Shown: positions 40,381 through 54,400 of the stretch, piece by piece
Layout of the letters: each line of letters begins with the position of its first letter
Numbering within the stretch: position 1 is the stretch's first letter
NCBI GenBank assembly: GCA_030265395.1
Contig: JARFYF010000094.1
Span: 33,350,865-33,414,864 of the forward strand
Direction of reading: 5' to 3'
Length of the DNA: 64,000 nt
Source: Rhina ancylostomus
Taxonomy: Eukaryota
Notes under the pieces: generated by a model
What the model saw: the letters and a program-made list of their open reading frames with translations, nothing else
The model's database searches: none
What the model was told of the DNA's origin: nothing
Program-made: the position numbers and the translations under genes

Positions 40381-40635
40381 AGATAAGATTTCTTTATTAG
40401 TCACATGTATATCGAAACACAAAGTGAAATAAATCTTTGAGTAGAGTGTTCTGGAGGCAACATGCAAGTGTCGTCATGTTTCCAGTCCCAACATAGCATG
40501 CCCACAACTTACTAACCCGTACGTCTTTGGAATGTGGGAGGAAACCAGAGCACCTGCAGGAAACCCACACAGACATGGGGAGAACGTACAAACTCCTTAC
40601 AGAAAGCAACGGGAATTGAACCCTGACCACTGGCT
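40381..40635 (-). mobile_element. V-SINE, 5'-truncated, with a non-CR1 tail
   Basis: V core tttggaatgtgggaggaaaccagagcacc...gaaacccacacagacatggggagaacgtacaaactccttacag and B-box-like gggaattgaacc; tail tttattagtcacatgtatatcgaaac. Confidence 0.8.
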
Positions 40636-41899
40636 CAGCATCTGTCCGACAGATTATCTCCAAATCTGGAAGCTGATTTAACAGTAGTGCAATCTGACTC
40701 CCAGAATGTTGCACCAACATATATCCAGTCCCATGAAAAGTCACTTAGTGTGCACATTCAAAATACTAATTACCCTTATTGTGAGGACACCAATTCTCCT
40801 TTCATTACAGCCCTTCAGGCAGCACATTCTCCAATACCCCTCCAGACTGTCATTCCAAACTATCTGCTCACTTGGTATGATTTTTTTTTAGAAACAATTC
40901 TCAATACACTAGCACTGTTCAGATGCAAACTTAATTAAGGCAAATGATTGTGTCGAGTTAAGTCACATAATTTTGGGAGATACTGGTTTGCTGATATCAT
41001 GCGTGACCTGTAAATATACTCAAACTGAAAGCTGATTGTTGCTCGCCATTGATTGAGTGTTCCCATGTAAAACTATAGTGGGCTATATAGTTGCCAAATA
41101 ATTCTAGCAATGATTGCCAACAACCCCCAATCCAAAGTTGATTCCTGTCTCATAATTCTCCCTGGTTTGTCCGGGTCTTTCAATACTTATCATGAGTCTC
41201 TTTAAAGAAGGACCACGTGGTGAGAAGGAATATCCGCCCTGTATTTCTAAGTGTCAGTTATGTAGGGGATTGACAATGGTTGGATTAGAAGAGAAAGGCG
41301 ATTGGTTGTGCAGCAAATTGTTCATATCCAGTTGATATCAGTTGAGTGGAATAGGGTTCTTCTATTGCAGATACTTCATCAGTAATTCCCCATTGTGTAT
41401 CTTGAAATGGTCAATTGGTCTAATTGCTTAAAATGAACTTCAAGTGGAGTTACATTGTGGTTTTCCATATTGACGGATTGTGGACTTTACTGGCTTTAAA
41501 TTTAGCACCCATTTCATCTCCCTACCCTGTGACTGCCAAGCCAAATCAATCTCTTGTTAAGTGCATTAATTGCTGTGGCCATAATACTGACGAGACACCA
41601 TTGATGACGAGCAGCCAATCCAAGCATTCACAGTCTGCTTATACCTGCAGAGTGGAGCATACCCAAGCAAAGTATATTTAGTGCAGAGAACATAATTGTT
41701 TAAGTAAGGGCTACTCATCAGGTAATACAGAGATTTTGCAACAAACCATTAAATTATAAGATCTGTGAATCATTTCTGGATGTGCTACATTTCAGTATAA
41801 GTTGACTATGTTGGTGTCAACTATTGTTGGAAAGGGTCGGTTGAAGACTCTGATTTTGTAGGCACTTTATGAAAATAGACTTTCTATGAGAGAGTCCCT

Positions 41900-42860
41900 C
41901 ATGTCTTGTGTGACCAATGCTTGCTTCTTTTGCTCAGCTGGGAGTCATAGATGCTCAGCAAGAACCTCCTGCTGCTTGCTGCCTTCTTCCTCCTGCTCTT
42001 ACTGCCCTGAGGGTCTGTCTCTTGTCCTTCAGGCTCCAGGGTTCCATGCCCCTTTACTTCTGACACTGGCTGCTGTTTTCAGTTGGCAAGTTTGCACAGT
42101 ATGCAGCACATTTACTTCCCATACAATGCAGACTCGCCCTATATTGATGCAGGCATGAAATCTTGGGAGACTCAGGACATTTTCCACTATGATCCTGATA
42201 CACTGGTAGTTCTTGTTATATCTGCATTTTGCTGGTATAGTTGGAAAGTTCACTGGTATGATGTGCCATGGAAGCAGGGGCCAACCTGTATTCCCCAGGA
42301 TCTATCCCTCAGGGTAGTGCCAGTCACTTAGAAGTGTCCAGCAGTGCAGACTCCCTCAGGATGAAGAAATCAGGTGTGTTTACTGGAAGCACAGTATTCA
42401 CAATCAGGATATCAGGACTTCTTGTGATCCATAACAGCTTTCAAAGGGAGGGAGGAGAAACCTCCCAATCATTCAAAAGGTCTTGATTGTTAAGGGAAGT
42501 CCAGGTGGGGATATAAGCACAGTTAATGTCTGCTAAGACAGTATTTTCTTTGTGAACACAATCACTGGGTCTCCTCTCTTATGCAGTGGCAAAGAGCAGT
42601 GGGAAACACGACAGAGATCCATTGTGGCCAGTTAAAGTGATCTTATGGTAAGGAAGTTAAGGGTCAACGTGACAAGAAGTCCATGGAGAAAGCAGTCCAG
42701 GTATAATAGCAATGGATGAAGATCCTCCTGCAGTATTTCACATTTCTGAGTAACGGCAACATAGGAAAAACCTGGGCCTGCAAACACATTGCTCTTTGGA
42801 GAGGTCCAGATAAGATCTGGTGTTGCTGAAGATTCTGTTGGGGTAAGACACGCCTTCATC
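41900..42860 (-). pseudogene. Second fossil Harbinger transposase
   Basis: Minus-strand motifs VLADINCAYIP, VNTVLPVNTPDFFILRES, G*ILGNTGWPLLPWHIIPVNFPTIPAKCRYNKNYQCIRIIVE, CCILCKLA parallel HARBI1 GAIDCTHI, PGSxHDAFILRxS, GWLLGDxGYPLxPWLxTP..T.AExRYN, CCxLHNLA. Confidence 0.62.
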
Positions 42861-43214
42861 TCCTACCCTGAGGTTCCCAACCCACTCAGAGTGCCTAATG
42901 TCCTATTGCAACATCTTCAGGAGTGCTGCCAGTAATGCCACAACTGAACTAACTAATGAATGAAAAACTCAGCAGATCAGGCAGTTGTGAAGCTGTCCAG
43001 TTGTGTTTCCCAACATTAGGCAAGCGTCCCTTTAAAAAGGGAGAGAAAGCAACAATTTGGCATGATGTGCTTTTGGTTCAAGTGGAACTGTTCCATGGCA
43101 TTTGGAGAGTTTTGAATTCTAATTTATGTCATTTCAGGCAGGAATCAGCATTATGTGAATAGTGACCATCATTTACATGCGTCCCTGATGCTGGGAAAAG
43201 GTTGGGCTAACTAG

Positions 43215-43692
43215 TGTATTGGTATTGGTTTATTATTGGCACATATACCGAGGTACAGTGAAAATCTTGTCTTGCATACTGTTCATACAGATCAATTCAT
43301 ACACAGTGCACTGAGGTGGTACAGGGTAAAAACAATACAAAATACAGAGTAAAGTGTCACAGCTACAGAGTAAGTGCAGTGCAGGTGGACAATAAAGTGC
43401 AAGGTCATAACAAGGTAGATGTGAGGTCAAGAGTCCATCTCATCATATAAAGGAACCATTCAATAGTCTTATAACAGCAGGACAGAAGCTGTCTTTGAGC
43501 CTGGTGGTATGTGNNNNNNNNNNNNNNNNNNNNNNNNNNNNNNNNNNNNNNNNNNNNNNNNNNNNNNNNNNNNNNNNNNNNNNNNNNNNNNNNCTGGCTG
43601 CTTCACCAAGACAGCGAGAGGTATAGACAAAGTCCATGGAGGGGAGGCTGGTTTCCGTGATGTGCTGGGCTGTGTCCACAACTCTCTGTAGA
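43215..43692 (-). mobile_element. Rex1/Babar-like LINE 3' end (RT C-terminus and 3' UTR)
   Basis: ORF 43443..43679 DTAQHITETSLPSMDFVYTSRCLGEAA...TTRLKDSFCPAVIRLLNG matches the Rex1-type C-terminal motif (AQxIT..LPS...Y..RC...RL..SF.P.AIRLLN). Confidence 0.8.
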
Positions 43693-45699
43693 TCGTGGCT
43701 GGTGCAATTGCGTGATTGATAGTTTCAGTTTCAGCCAGAAATGATAGGTATGAAAATCAAAAGTGGATTGCATAGCACTGGGAAAAAAAAAGAGCTACCT
43801 GATTAATTTCTAGGCAACATTAGCTTTAAAATGCGGGGTAGTTCAAGATTTATTTATATAATTAAAAAATGTTGAACTGATTGCAATGTAAGTATTTATG
43901 TACTTATTTATTAAGGTAGCCTATGAATATAATATGGTGTTAATGATATACTGTATAGCTCAATCAAGACACTGGCCCTTGACTCTTAGCTAGTTAAGTG
44001 GTTGGGAAGGCACCGAGGCTAGAATTTGATCATATTTTACTATAATGCTTAGTTTCCTCATTTACCCACATCCTTCTTGCAAAATTATTTTATCTTTCAC
44101 GTGGTTGAGATAGATTCATCTCAAACTTCAGAACAAAATGAGAATGACCGAAATGTTTGCCAGATATTATTATTTCAAACTACATTTCAGAAATGCTTTT
44201 CTGTATATTCTATCGTAAAATAATGCAACCTTGGGCTTACTTAAGTAATTACTTATTCCTCAAGTTACTCTTCAGAGAGTTGCTCTCAGTGCTAACTGAT
44301 GAACTCAGCAAAGCAGTACGTACATGGCCATACTGTAGAAGGACATAAATGATGTATTATTTATATGATAGAAAATGTATCATAGGTCAAAGATGATGAA
44401 TGATACCTATGCAACCTGACATGGCATAAATACTAAAATCATAGCTCCTCCAAAGGTGAGACTTTAACATTAAAAAGCAGTCAGAAATTTCCTAAATGGC
44501 TTTAGAATATGTTAAACTTTTGGACTATGGTTTTGTTTCTTTTCTTACAAGAGCCCTTAATCATTTATCTGAGGTTGGAAGAGTTTCATCTGCATAAGCC
44601 TTTGATAATCAGCTTACAAATATAGATTATTTGAGGCAGACCTGCTATTGCAAAATGTATCATTTGTGATTTGAGTATTTAGATTTAATTCAATTACAGT
44701 TGTCCAATACAGTAAACGTCATCAGTCATGTATTTTGGATTGGTCAACTTATCAACTTTTGGATTGGCAAACTATCCAGAAGTTGCTTATATGTAAAGCA
44801 AACACCAAAGCTCTCTTATGAAACAGGTGTAACAAAATCAAGTATTTTTTTCTGTATTTTACAATTTAGTAGTTTAGCACAGGCAAAATCTTCCAAACAA
44901 ACATACATCAGTTCAAACAAGAAAGACGTTTTCCCCATATATTTCTGATTTGCATGGAACCATATGTTAAAAGCTCTTAATGAATTCACCGCAGTAACAA
45001 AGAAAGCATTATAACTTGAGACATATCCCATTGCTAACGATTGCCAATCCAACTTTCATTCAAGTTTACATTTTGAAATTACTGTCATCATTTTAATTTA
45101 ACATCTAACCACTATTAATTATGATACTGAACTTCCTCAGGGATTCTTATTATATCATAACTCCAGTGAATCACCAAGGGAAACAAGGTAACTGGCCATC
45201 GGACTTTCTCTTGGAGTGTCTATAGTTTCTCAGCAGTGGTTAGAAAAAGAGATTAAATACATTGTTCATTTTGTATTTCTTATGACCTCTCAATGCCTCA
45301 AAGATCAAATGCTTCAAGTTGTAGGGATACCTCCACCTGGACAACACTTGCTCACGCTGCTCAATAGCTGATACATCAGGTGGGAGTTGACTTAATGCAT
45401 GATCAAAAAGCGAGCCAAAGCTCAATAGTACTAGAAAATGTGTGTTGGAAATACACTGTGTGACTAACTTGCACCTATTTAACCTGGTGGAGTCTGCTCA
45501 CAAAATTTCCACAGTATGGTCATTTTAAGGTGTTCTGCATCCGGCCAATAATAACCATGCTTTAGCATGAGTGGCTAGCAACACTTCCAATCAGCTTCCA
45601 TTAACTTGCTTAAAGTTAGTCTGCATCTCTTTAAGGAGAAGTGTATGGTGGAATACAATCTGGAGGTGACTGTGACTTGGTACAAGAGATGGCACAACA

Positions 45700-45830
45700 C
45701 AGGGATGAAGAGGGTTCATGACTTTCTGGCTTAGCACTGGAGGCCTTAATCAACAGTGTGGAGAGAGAAGAGATATTCCATTTCTACAGGGGGATGGACG
45801 TCTCCACAATATCCTCTTTGCTCACCTCAC
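45700..45830 (+). pseudogene. Possible Myb/SANT-like Harbinger accessory ORF remnant
   Basis: With one frameshift: LSGLALEALINSVER/RRDIPFLQG, resembling FSDxxLExLVxxVxxRRDxLF at the N-terminus of Harbinger Myb/SANT proteins. Confidence 0.4.
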
Positions 45831-46154
45831 TAAAATCAACAGTCAGGTCTGTAACCTCTCTTCATATTTTCAACATGCCCTCATACATGTATCACTACTC
45901 CAAATTAACACCAGCACATTGCACAGCTAGCACATACTATCAGCAATTCAACCATGATGGACACATCAGCCAGAAAACAGGTACAATCCTCTAAAACACT
46001 TGCCTCTTGTTTGCAGGACCAGCTGGCACTCAAAAAGAATCAACAGGAAAAGGCCCGTGGATTACCTTACCCACTAAAGAGGCCACTCAACATCATTAGA
46101 ACAGCCTTGTCCCTTGAATACAACAATTTATCAATTTCCATTTATCACATCTTT

Positions 46155-46490
46155 TTTGGGTGGTGCTATACGTAGTGCTGCTGCCTCACCCCACTGATGG
46201 CCCTGGTTTGATTCTGAGCTCCAATGCTGTCCGTGTGGAGTTTGCACATTCTCCCTGTGACCCCATGGGTTACCTCTGGGTGCTCCAGTTTCCTTACCGT
46301 ATCTCAAATGCTGGCAGTTGGATTAATGGGCTACTGTCAATTACCCCTAGTGCAGCTGTTTGACAGGAAATTCAGAGTGGTGATAATAGGCATGAGTGAG
46401 TAATGAGGTTACAGGGAAGTAAGTGGGGGCATGGGATTGGCTAGAGAGCCAGCAGAGGAGGAGGCTATTTGGTCCATCAAGTCTAAATCA
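46155..46490 (+). mobile_element. Older diverged V-SINE
   Basis: tgctgcctcac...ggtttgattctgagctcc...gtccgtgtggagtttgcacattctccctgtgaccccatgggttacctctgggtgctccagtttcc. Confidence 0.75.
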
Positions 46491-47664
46491 TAAGGAAATA
46501 TGAAATAAAGAAAACATTCTATAATCCTTTCTGACTTACTTCAGCAGATGGGGTAAAAATGTACCTTTTACTTCCCTCTCTCCCCTCATTACAAACCTCC
46601 CCTTGTGTCTTTCTCCTTCCAGATGCCCAAATAAGGGAACCTACCCTGGTAGCACCTGAGCTACAGCCACGCAGTGAAGAAGGCAGCCCACAAATGTGCC
46701 ACTCAGTCTGACACTTGTAGCCACCAACTCAGACCATGTAGGTTAGTTTTGGATCTGCACCTGGGTGACAAATAATTGAATACTGAGCCAGCACTGTGGG
46801 AAAGGGCATCCTGGGTGACAGTGCAGGTAAATTCTTCTATGGGTGACCCCGATGACAAGGCAGCCTACAAGAGAAGGTCAAGGGCAACACACATTGACAC
46901 ACACCTTGCTATAAACCAGATGAGTAATACCAAGGAAAATGGAGGATTCCTGCATCAAATGTGCAGGGTTTCGCAAAGAGCTTCTAGATCGTATGTTTCG
47001 GCATGGATGTGATGGTCAACAGTAAGTCAGCATCTCATATTCAATGTCTCAGCTTCCCTGGTCGGACAGGTACGGCAAATTCAGGCTGCCATCAGGCAAA
47101 CGAGAACTGATGACATAATAACTGTGGCGACCAGTGTTCAAAGGGGTTTGCAGCAATCTTTCACCCATAAATTTAGGATTATACAAGAGTCACGCAGGGA
47201 GAAGTGACAGAGGCTCTGAGGAGAATAAAGCTAACCTTCCCTCTGCATAATCACTTTTGCAATCTCACCAGTGCTCTTCCACTTGCGAGTGGCCTTGTTG
47301 CTGCCTCTCAGCTGGCCTGCATGAATTGCTGCTGCTCACGGCAAGAAGCTACAGTCCAATAGCAGTCCAATAGCAGGCCACCTAGGCTCAGTTCTGTTTG
47401 AGATCCTCTGAAACCATCTGACTTTATCACTGAAAATTAGCACCTTTGCTTCAGCAATGTTGCAGCCATTTGAGGAGGGATGTGGAGGAGACCAGGTGCT
47501 GGCATCAAACTAGCGTTGCACTCTGACTGCTATTACAATCCATTTACTCTATCTTAGAGCACTAGTCCCCACCCAATGTAGCTGTCAGCATGACTTACAC
47601 TGTGAATGCATGTTTGCGCATTTCACACCAAATTGAAAGCAAATCTACTTTTCATTACTTAAAC

Positions 47665-47925
47665 TTTTTAAAATTTTTTAAATTTTTAAAATTTTATTTA
47701 CAGTGTGGTAAATGGCCCTTTCGACCCAACGAGTCCACGCCCCCCATTTTAAACCCCCATGTTAACCTACCCATACGTCTTTGGAATGTGGGAGGAAACC
47801 GGAGCACCCAGAGGAAACCCACGCAGACACGGGGAGAGCGTACAAACTCCTTACAGACAGTGACGGGAATCAAACCCCGATCGCCGGTGCTGTAAAAGCG
47901 TCGCGCTAACCGCTACGCTACTGTG
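47665..47925 (-). mobile_element. V-SINE, young full-length copy
   Basis: Reverse-complement homolog of 11880-12130 with intact CpGs, A/B boxes (ctaaccgctacgcta; gggaatcaaacccc) and (TTTTTAAA)n tail. Confidence 0.88.
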
Positions 47926-50869
47926 TGGCCTAATTTGAATTACCTAGATTTAAAGGCTTGAAGATTGCAGCTATAAAGAAATTCTTGGGGCTCCATCAAT
48001 ATTTCTACTTCAAATCATCAATAACTTCTGGCATCCACACTTGCACAGCTGAATGTAGAAATCCAAAAGACATTGACCTTTCACAGGATGGGCTGCTGAT
48101 CACTCAACACTGTAGAATGTGAGGTAATTCAATTTTGATGTCTTGTCATAACTGGTGCTAATCATCCTCCTTAACCATGAAAAACTACTTAAGAAGCAGA
48201 CTGCCTTTCCTCTATTCCACATTAAAAACATGGTCTTTTAAAATAATAACTTTTTAACTTTAAATTTTTCTTCTAAAGTTTGCTAGTGACATTTCAGCTA
48301 CACTTTAGTCCTTGTTAAGTCCCAGTCTTTATGTTGCTTTCTTAATCAAATGAAATGTTAACTATTATCCAGGCTTTTTATTTCCAGGACTGATTGGTTG
48401 CTCAGCCCTCGGATGACTTCAGTACTCCCACAAATCCAGAACTGAATGCAACGGATTACAACGGATGTCAGAGTGGGGGGAATCTTTAGCATGGATGGGG
48501 CTACTTCTTTATATAAGCATTTTTCTTTGCGGTCAGTTACAAGCATTAAAAACCACACCACAGACTCTAAAATCCAGGCCATTAATTATCCATTAACTTT
48601 AATTGCAACTTCGGTTTTTTTTATCCATTGCTCTAATTTCAAGCAAAGCAATCAAAAGAGCTTCAGCCTACCGACTGGAATTGTCTTCCCGTGAATCTTG
48701 TCAGTCCAACCAGCGAAGTATCTGAGTGTTTTTATGACTCCCTGTAGGTCCACATAATAAGCCTGGAGAAATGGCTTTCCACTATCTAGAGATTCAAGTG
48801 TCTGCAAAGAACATAAAGCAATTCAGGGAGAGAATAAATCAAGCCACAGACAGAATGTGAGATTACAGCCATGCCTTTCACAATATTAATCACTTGGAGG
48901 TACATAACGGTCTCTCATGGTCTGTGTACACAACTTTACCCAATTGGACATGAGCCACATCATTCATGATTGACAAAGCGATGAGTGTGTTATTGTGATT
49001 AGGATCGTAAAATTGATTATTCGTATTTCTCAGGGACGACTGACATTTAGGGGTTTCATTTCCTCCGGCGGGACACTGGTTAATGTGTTCACAGGACATT
49101 CTCCAGTACATTAAAGCAATGCCTAAGGAAACGCTGCCTGAATGCATTACCAGGCTGCTACCAGAGGAAATGGAGCTCTCACTGGGTTTGTAGCAGGTGC
49201 ATTATTATTTGGAGAATTAGGAGAAAAATTTATTAAACTGCAGAAATAAGCAAGAAGGCAGCGTAGGCTGATATCAGCTCTTCAAAATGGACCTTTGGGT
49301 GGGGCTGTTGAAGCAAACTCTCTTACATCAGGCAAGACACAGCTGGATACTATAACGCAAGGGGCCTGGGGAATAGATAAGCTGGTATGGACCATCTGGC
49401 CTTCCCAAAGGCATGTGCAGGAATTTAAATTTGACTGCTTTGAGAAGGGTACATAAAGTGCAGAAACATGTGTCCTTAACATGTCGAGTGATTACAGTGG
49501 TGGGTGTGTATGGCTGCGTTGTCCTCTCCACGGTGCTGGCCCCTCCCTTCTGTACATTCCTTGTGTCTTCCTCATCAGTATTTATCTTGTAATTTAGAAG
49601 AATTAATGCAGCTCCATTTCAAGGAAGAGGTACAGATAAAATCCAATTTGATGCAATATTATTCACTAAATATATTAATGGATTATATGTGGTTGCTCAT
49701 GTAACCTGCATTTGAATTTCCTCTGTTATTTTAAATTGAAACATAAGTCTATGTGGAAATGAGCAAACAGACAGAGGAATGTCACAAATTTGTAATAAGT
49801 ATTCTTTTGCCTATAAATGAGTATGCTGCTTCATTCCCCATAAATCTTTTTTTAACTTATTTTCAAAGATATAAAGAAGTTCCTCCTGTCACATAACAAG
49901 CCCTTTGGTCAGCTATTGACGTCATTATGTGGAAATTACCCCTTTTCAAAGCTTACACCACCACTGTGGGGGTGGGGGAACCTGGGACAATTTGGTATTA
50001 GTTTTACAACATGTATACTCTGTGACATTTAAATATATCTCACTCATGATAACAAACTGTGTTAATCTTTCAGAAATAATTTGATGATATTTTCCAAAAC
50101 AATGGCAATCATTGTGCTTGAGAACGGGTATTAAAAGCCATGATGTTAAAAGATAAGATCATGGGTAATGGAATATATTAGGGTCTACCTTCCTAAGGGT
50201 ACTGTTCCTCAAGTACATGTTGAGAGGCGAATGTTATTAAGATTCTGATAACTTGGAAAATTAGAACTGGTTCTCTCTCTGCAGATTCTGTCTGTTCTAT
50301 TTCTAGCATTTTCTGTTTTATAGAGTCATAGAGAGATACATGATGGAAAGAGGCCCTTCAGCCCATCAAGGCTGCACCAGCCCATTTTACACTAACCCTA
50401 CATTAATCCCATTTTTCAGTATCCCCACATTCTCCTGTGTTTTCCTGTGTTACGGATCTTGTCACTTCAGTCCCAAATACAAGGTAACCCCTCAGCTTCC
50501 AACTTTGCTTGTCTCCTACTCAGTTCCCCCAGTCTATGAAGGGGTGACAGGGTCATCTCACTGATCAGCTCTCCCTATCGCTTCTGCTTAGACCATCAAT
50601 TGGTGTCCCAAGTCAGGCTAAAGCCAGCTGTCTACCTCATTGCTCTTACACAATGATCTGCAGCAACGTATTTGAATCCACAGGCTTAACTTGTCTTATT
50701 TGGGAAATGTTCTTAATTTGAGATTTCCTGTATCCGCATCACTTTGCTTTAATGCTCTTGTGGTTTGTCTTCTTTGGGAACATGTCCTGAAGGTACGCGT
50801 TCCTCGGGTAGGTTATGTTATTGTTGGCTTCAATTTTAAACTTTTCTTTTGCTTTATTTTCTCAGCGGG

Positions 50870-51124
50870 AATTAAAANNNNNNNNNNNNNNNNNNNNNNN
50901 NNNNNNNNNNNNNNNNNNNNNNNNNNNNNNNNNNNNNNNNNNNNNNNNNNNNNNNNNNNNNNNNNNNNNNNNNNNNNAATGTGGGAGGAAACCGGAGCAC
51001 CCAGAGGAAACCCACGCAGACACGGGAGAATGTACAAACTCCTTACAGACAGCATCGGGAATCGAACACCGATTGCTGGCACTGTAATAGCCTCACGCTA
51101 ACCGCTACGCTACCATGCTGCCCC
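50870..51124 (-). mobile_element. V-SINE (partly N-masked)
   Basis: aatgtgggaggaaaccggagcacccagaggaaacccacgcagacacgggagaatgtacaaactccttacagacag...gggaatcgaac...ctaaccgctacgctaccatgctgcccc. Confidence 0.85.
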
Positions 51125-51127
51125 TAT

Positions 51128-51405
51128 TATGATATAGAAGGAGATCATTTCAGTCTACCAAGTCTGTGCTGCTCACAGATGCATCCCCAGATTCTACCAC
51201 TTGGCTACAAACTGGGGGCAATTTACAGTGGCTACCAACCCACACATCTTTGGAATGTGGGAGGAAACCAAAGCAATGGAGGGAAACCCATGTGGGCACA
51301 GCGAGGATGCACAATTCTACTCAGACAGCATCTGAAGTCAACATTGAATCTGGGGTGTGCAGCTATGATGCAGTAGCTCTACTAGCTGTGCCACTGTGCT
51401 GCCCC
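51128..51405 (-). mobile_element. Older V-SINE adjacent to the previous copy
   Basis: cacatctttggaatgtgggaggaaacc...gaaaccca...cagacagca...gattgaa-like B box...gctgtgccactgtgctgccc. Confidence 0.72.
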
Positions 51406-54400
51406 TACCAAGCCCATTGGGTCACAACACATTATAGCTACCAGCTCTGACAATGCGCCACCTTCTCAGTATTGTAATGAAGCATCTGCTTAGATTATAT
51501 GGTCTAGTCACAGGAGTGTGATGTTATTCCAAAACTTTTGGCTCAGAAGATATGAGTTACCAATGAGCCAAGAAACACAGACCTGGAAGACACCACTTCT
51601 ACAAAATTTCCATGCTTTCATATTTTGCCAAACGTTTAGTAACACGCAATGACAGGTCTGTATCTTAATGCTTTTGCTTCTGCACTGTATTTCCAAAACT
51701 AAAGGAAAACAAGAGCAAATTTTCTGAAAACATGCAACCACTGCAAAACCTTGATGACTAATAAAATACATCAAGAAATTACTCTGCACCACTGGACAAT
51801 TAAACCTCTTCCCCTTAAATCATAATTACAGATGGAAATGTTTACCCTGACTCAGCTGGTAAGGGGAAGAAGCAACAACAGCAGACATTAAAAAAATTGC
51901 AACCACAGCAGCAGAAATAATGTCATGACAAGAATACTAGCTTACACATATGTAGTGGTTTTAACATTAAAATACCTTTAAGTGTTTCACAATGGAAATA
52001 AAAAGTGAAATGGTTAACAAGTATGAGGGAGATAAAAGGAATGACAGAAAGCTTAATCATCAGCGGTAGTCTGAAGACCCTTGAAATTTCTCCTTGAACC
52101 CCTATGACTTCCTTCTGCGGAGGGACATGTGGAGGGAAGAGGTCCAAGGCTTATCTTTAGGGGAGACATGCTTTATGGTAAAATTGAAAAAAATTAGCAG
52201 ACGTACAGATGCTGGAAATATGAAATTAAAAGTATGAAATTGTGACAGGAGATGCATTAACAATCTATGGAAAAGACATTATAGTACTCTGTTGCAGTAA
52301 GTGCTATACTTCTATGATCTATAACATCTAGCCACCTTGTAAGACAAGATGAAATTCACCTCAAAATGTCTAGCAACTGTTGAATAAGTATTTTTGTTTT
52401 ACTCAGAATCTACAAGCAAAGCAAAAGGCGCAAAATAATTTTACGGTAATCTTTACTTTCAGCTGACAATACAATTTAAAATATAATAAAATAAAAAAAA
52501 TAGTAATGGGGAATACGAGGTTGAAACCACTGGTCCAAATAGCTTATTTCTGCAGATTCAAATGAATGGCAGATCAATTCTCAACAAATGGAAATGGAAT
52601 GTTTGCCAATTTGAAATCATAATTTAGTCAAAATAAAAAAAATAAAGACAAAGAAGGAGAAAAAAATATCAATTTTCCCTCCATGCCTATGCACAATATT
52701 GCTGCAGCATTAACAAATTTAATTAGGAATTTTACATTATTAGGAAAAAAAATAACATTATGAGCCTTTCTTTGGAAAACTACTGGTATAAAATGAATAA
52801 AAGACAAATTGGATCAAAACACTCAAAAGAAAATAAATATTAAAAAGTAAGTCAAAATGCACAACTAGAAACATATACGCTATTCATTCAGAGCAGGGTG
52901 GTAATGGTTAAATCTTTTTTTTGCATGTAGTACACTGACCAATCCACCTGCAGGCACAAATCCAGTGCCCTTTGCAGAGTGGGACAGACTGCCATATGGA
53001 CTCAGACAGCTTACAATCTGTACAACTTTGGACTACAAGTGCCTAGGGGTCTGTCCTATATTAGCACCACCTGTGCTATCAAATCTCTTTGATAGACTGA
53101 ACTGGCCATCATAGTCTCAAGAACATATTTCATAAATTCAACTAGGTCAAAAGCACATGAAGAGTGGGCTGACTTCAGCTAAAATAAATTTGTTTTGATT
53201 TTCCAACTGAAACTGCATTATTCTGACAAAACAAAATATATTCTAGATGCAGATAAAGCTGTACCAGAAATATTTAATTGAAGGTGTTGTAACAGCTTTT
53301 CTACAAAATATATAATTACTTTTAGATATATTGCATAACAAGTCATAACTGCAGTGCAATCAAAAACTGCTGAAGCATTCACAAAAGTAGTCAACCATAC
53401 TTTTTCAGGAGAATCATTTATAAAATGACAATTACACATTAAGAACACATATTATGATTTAGTAAATAGATCTGCAAGCAGGCAGCTATTAAATTCTCAA
53501 TACAATATTTTGTCTATCAAATAAAATTGTTATAAGTAGGAATATAATTTAGAATACTTTAAGTGATCTTCAATGTATTGGATAGATAGTTGAAAGCAAA
53601 ATATTTACAGATATGCAAAAAGAGCAAGGAAGCAGTGAACAGATACCTCTTCCAAAGGACAAACACAATCAAGATGGGGTGAATGGTCTACTGTGCTATC
53701 TCATTCCTCGATTATTAAAATGATTTCCAATTCAAAATAATTGTTCTAATTTACATCACATATAGGGTTATTAAAAACTGACAACAATTAGGCAAAAATA
53801 AAGTTTCGTAGAAATTTATACCATGCAGAAGTATGAAATCAAATGTAAAGATTTCCAAAAAACCTGTGTAAAATCAGTATCAGTGGGGTGCAATGCATAC
53901 ACACAAAATTTAATCATCTTGAACACTCATGATAGGCATTCATTGTAAAAAAGGTAATACCTAGCCTCTGAGGAAAAAAGGTAAAAGATCCATTTTAATT
54001 TTACATCATTTTATCTCTTTCTCTATGCTTTACCTTCCCTGCTCCTCCTAGTAATATTACATGTGGACATTTCTCATTTTTCTATTCACTGTTCTTATTT
54101 CAACAGCTGTTGTGATCATGCAGCAGCTTTGTTCAGTCAATAGTAATATAATGTAAAATCACCCACCAGTGCCATTCTGGTATGCTTGACAAAATAACTT
54201 CAGTGTTTTTCCTTCTCTAAAACCACAATAGTAATAAAAAACTGTTGTAGAGAATTTTGAAAAAACTGTAAAATTTTAATGCAATTTGTTTTAAGCTCTA
54301 TTGGTGCCTTTTCAATATCAACCAGTCATTTAATTACCTATTTTTAAAAGTAAATGAATTGAACAACAACCATTTACTGCACAAATGATGCAGAAATGTT

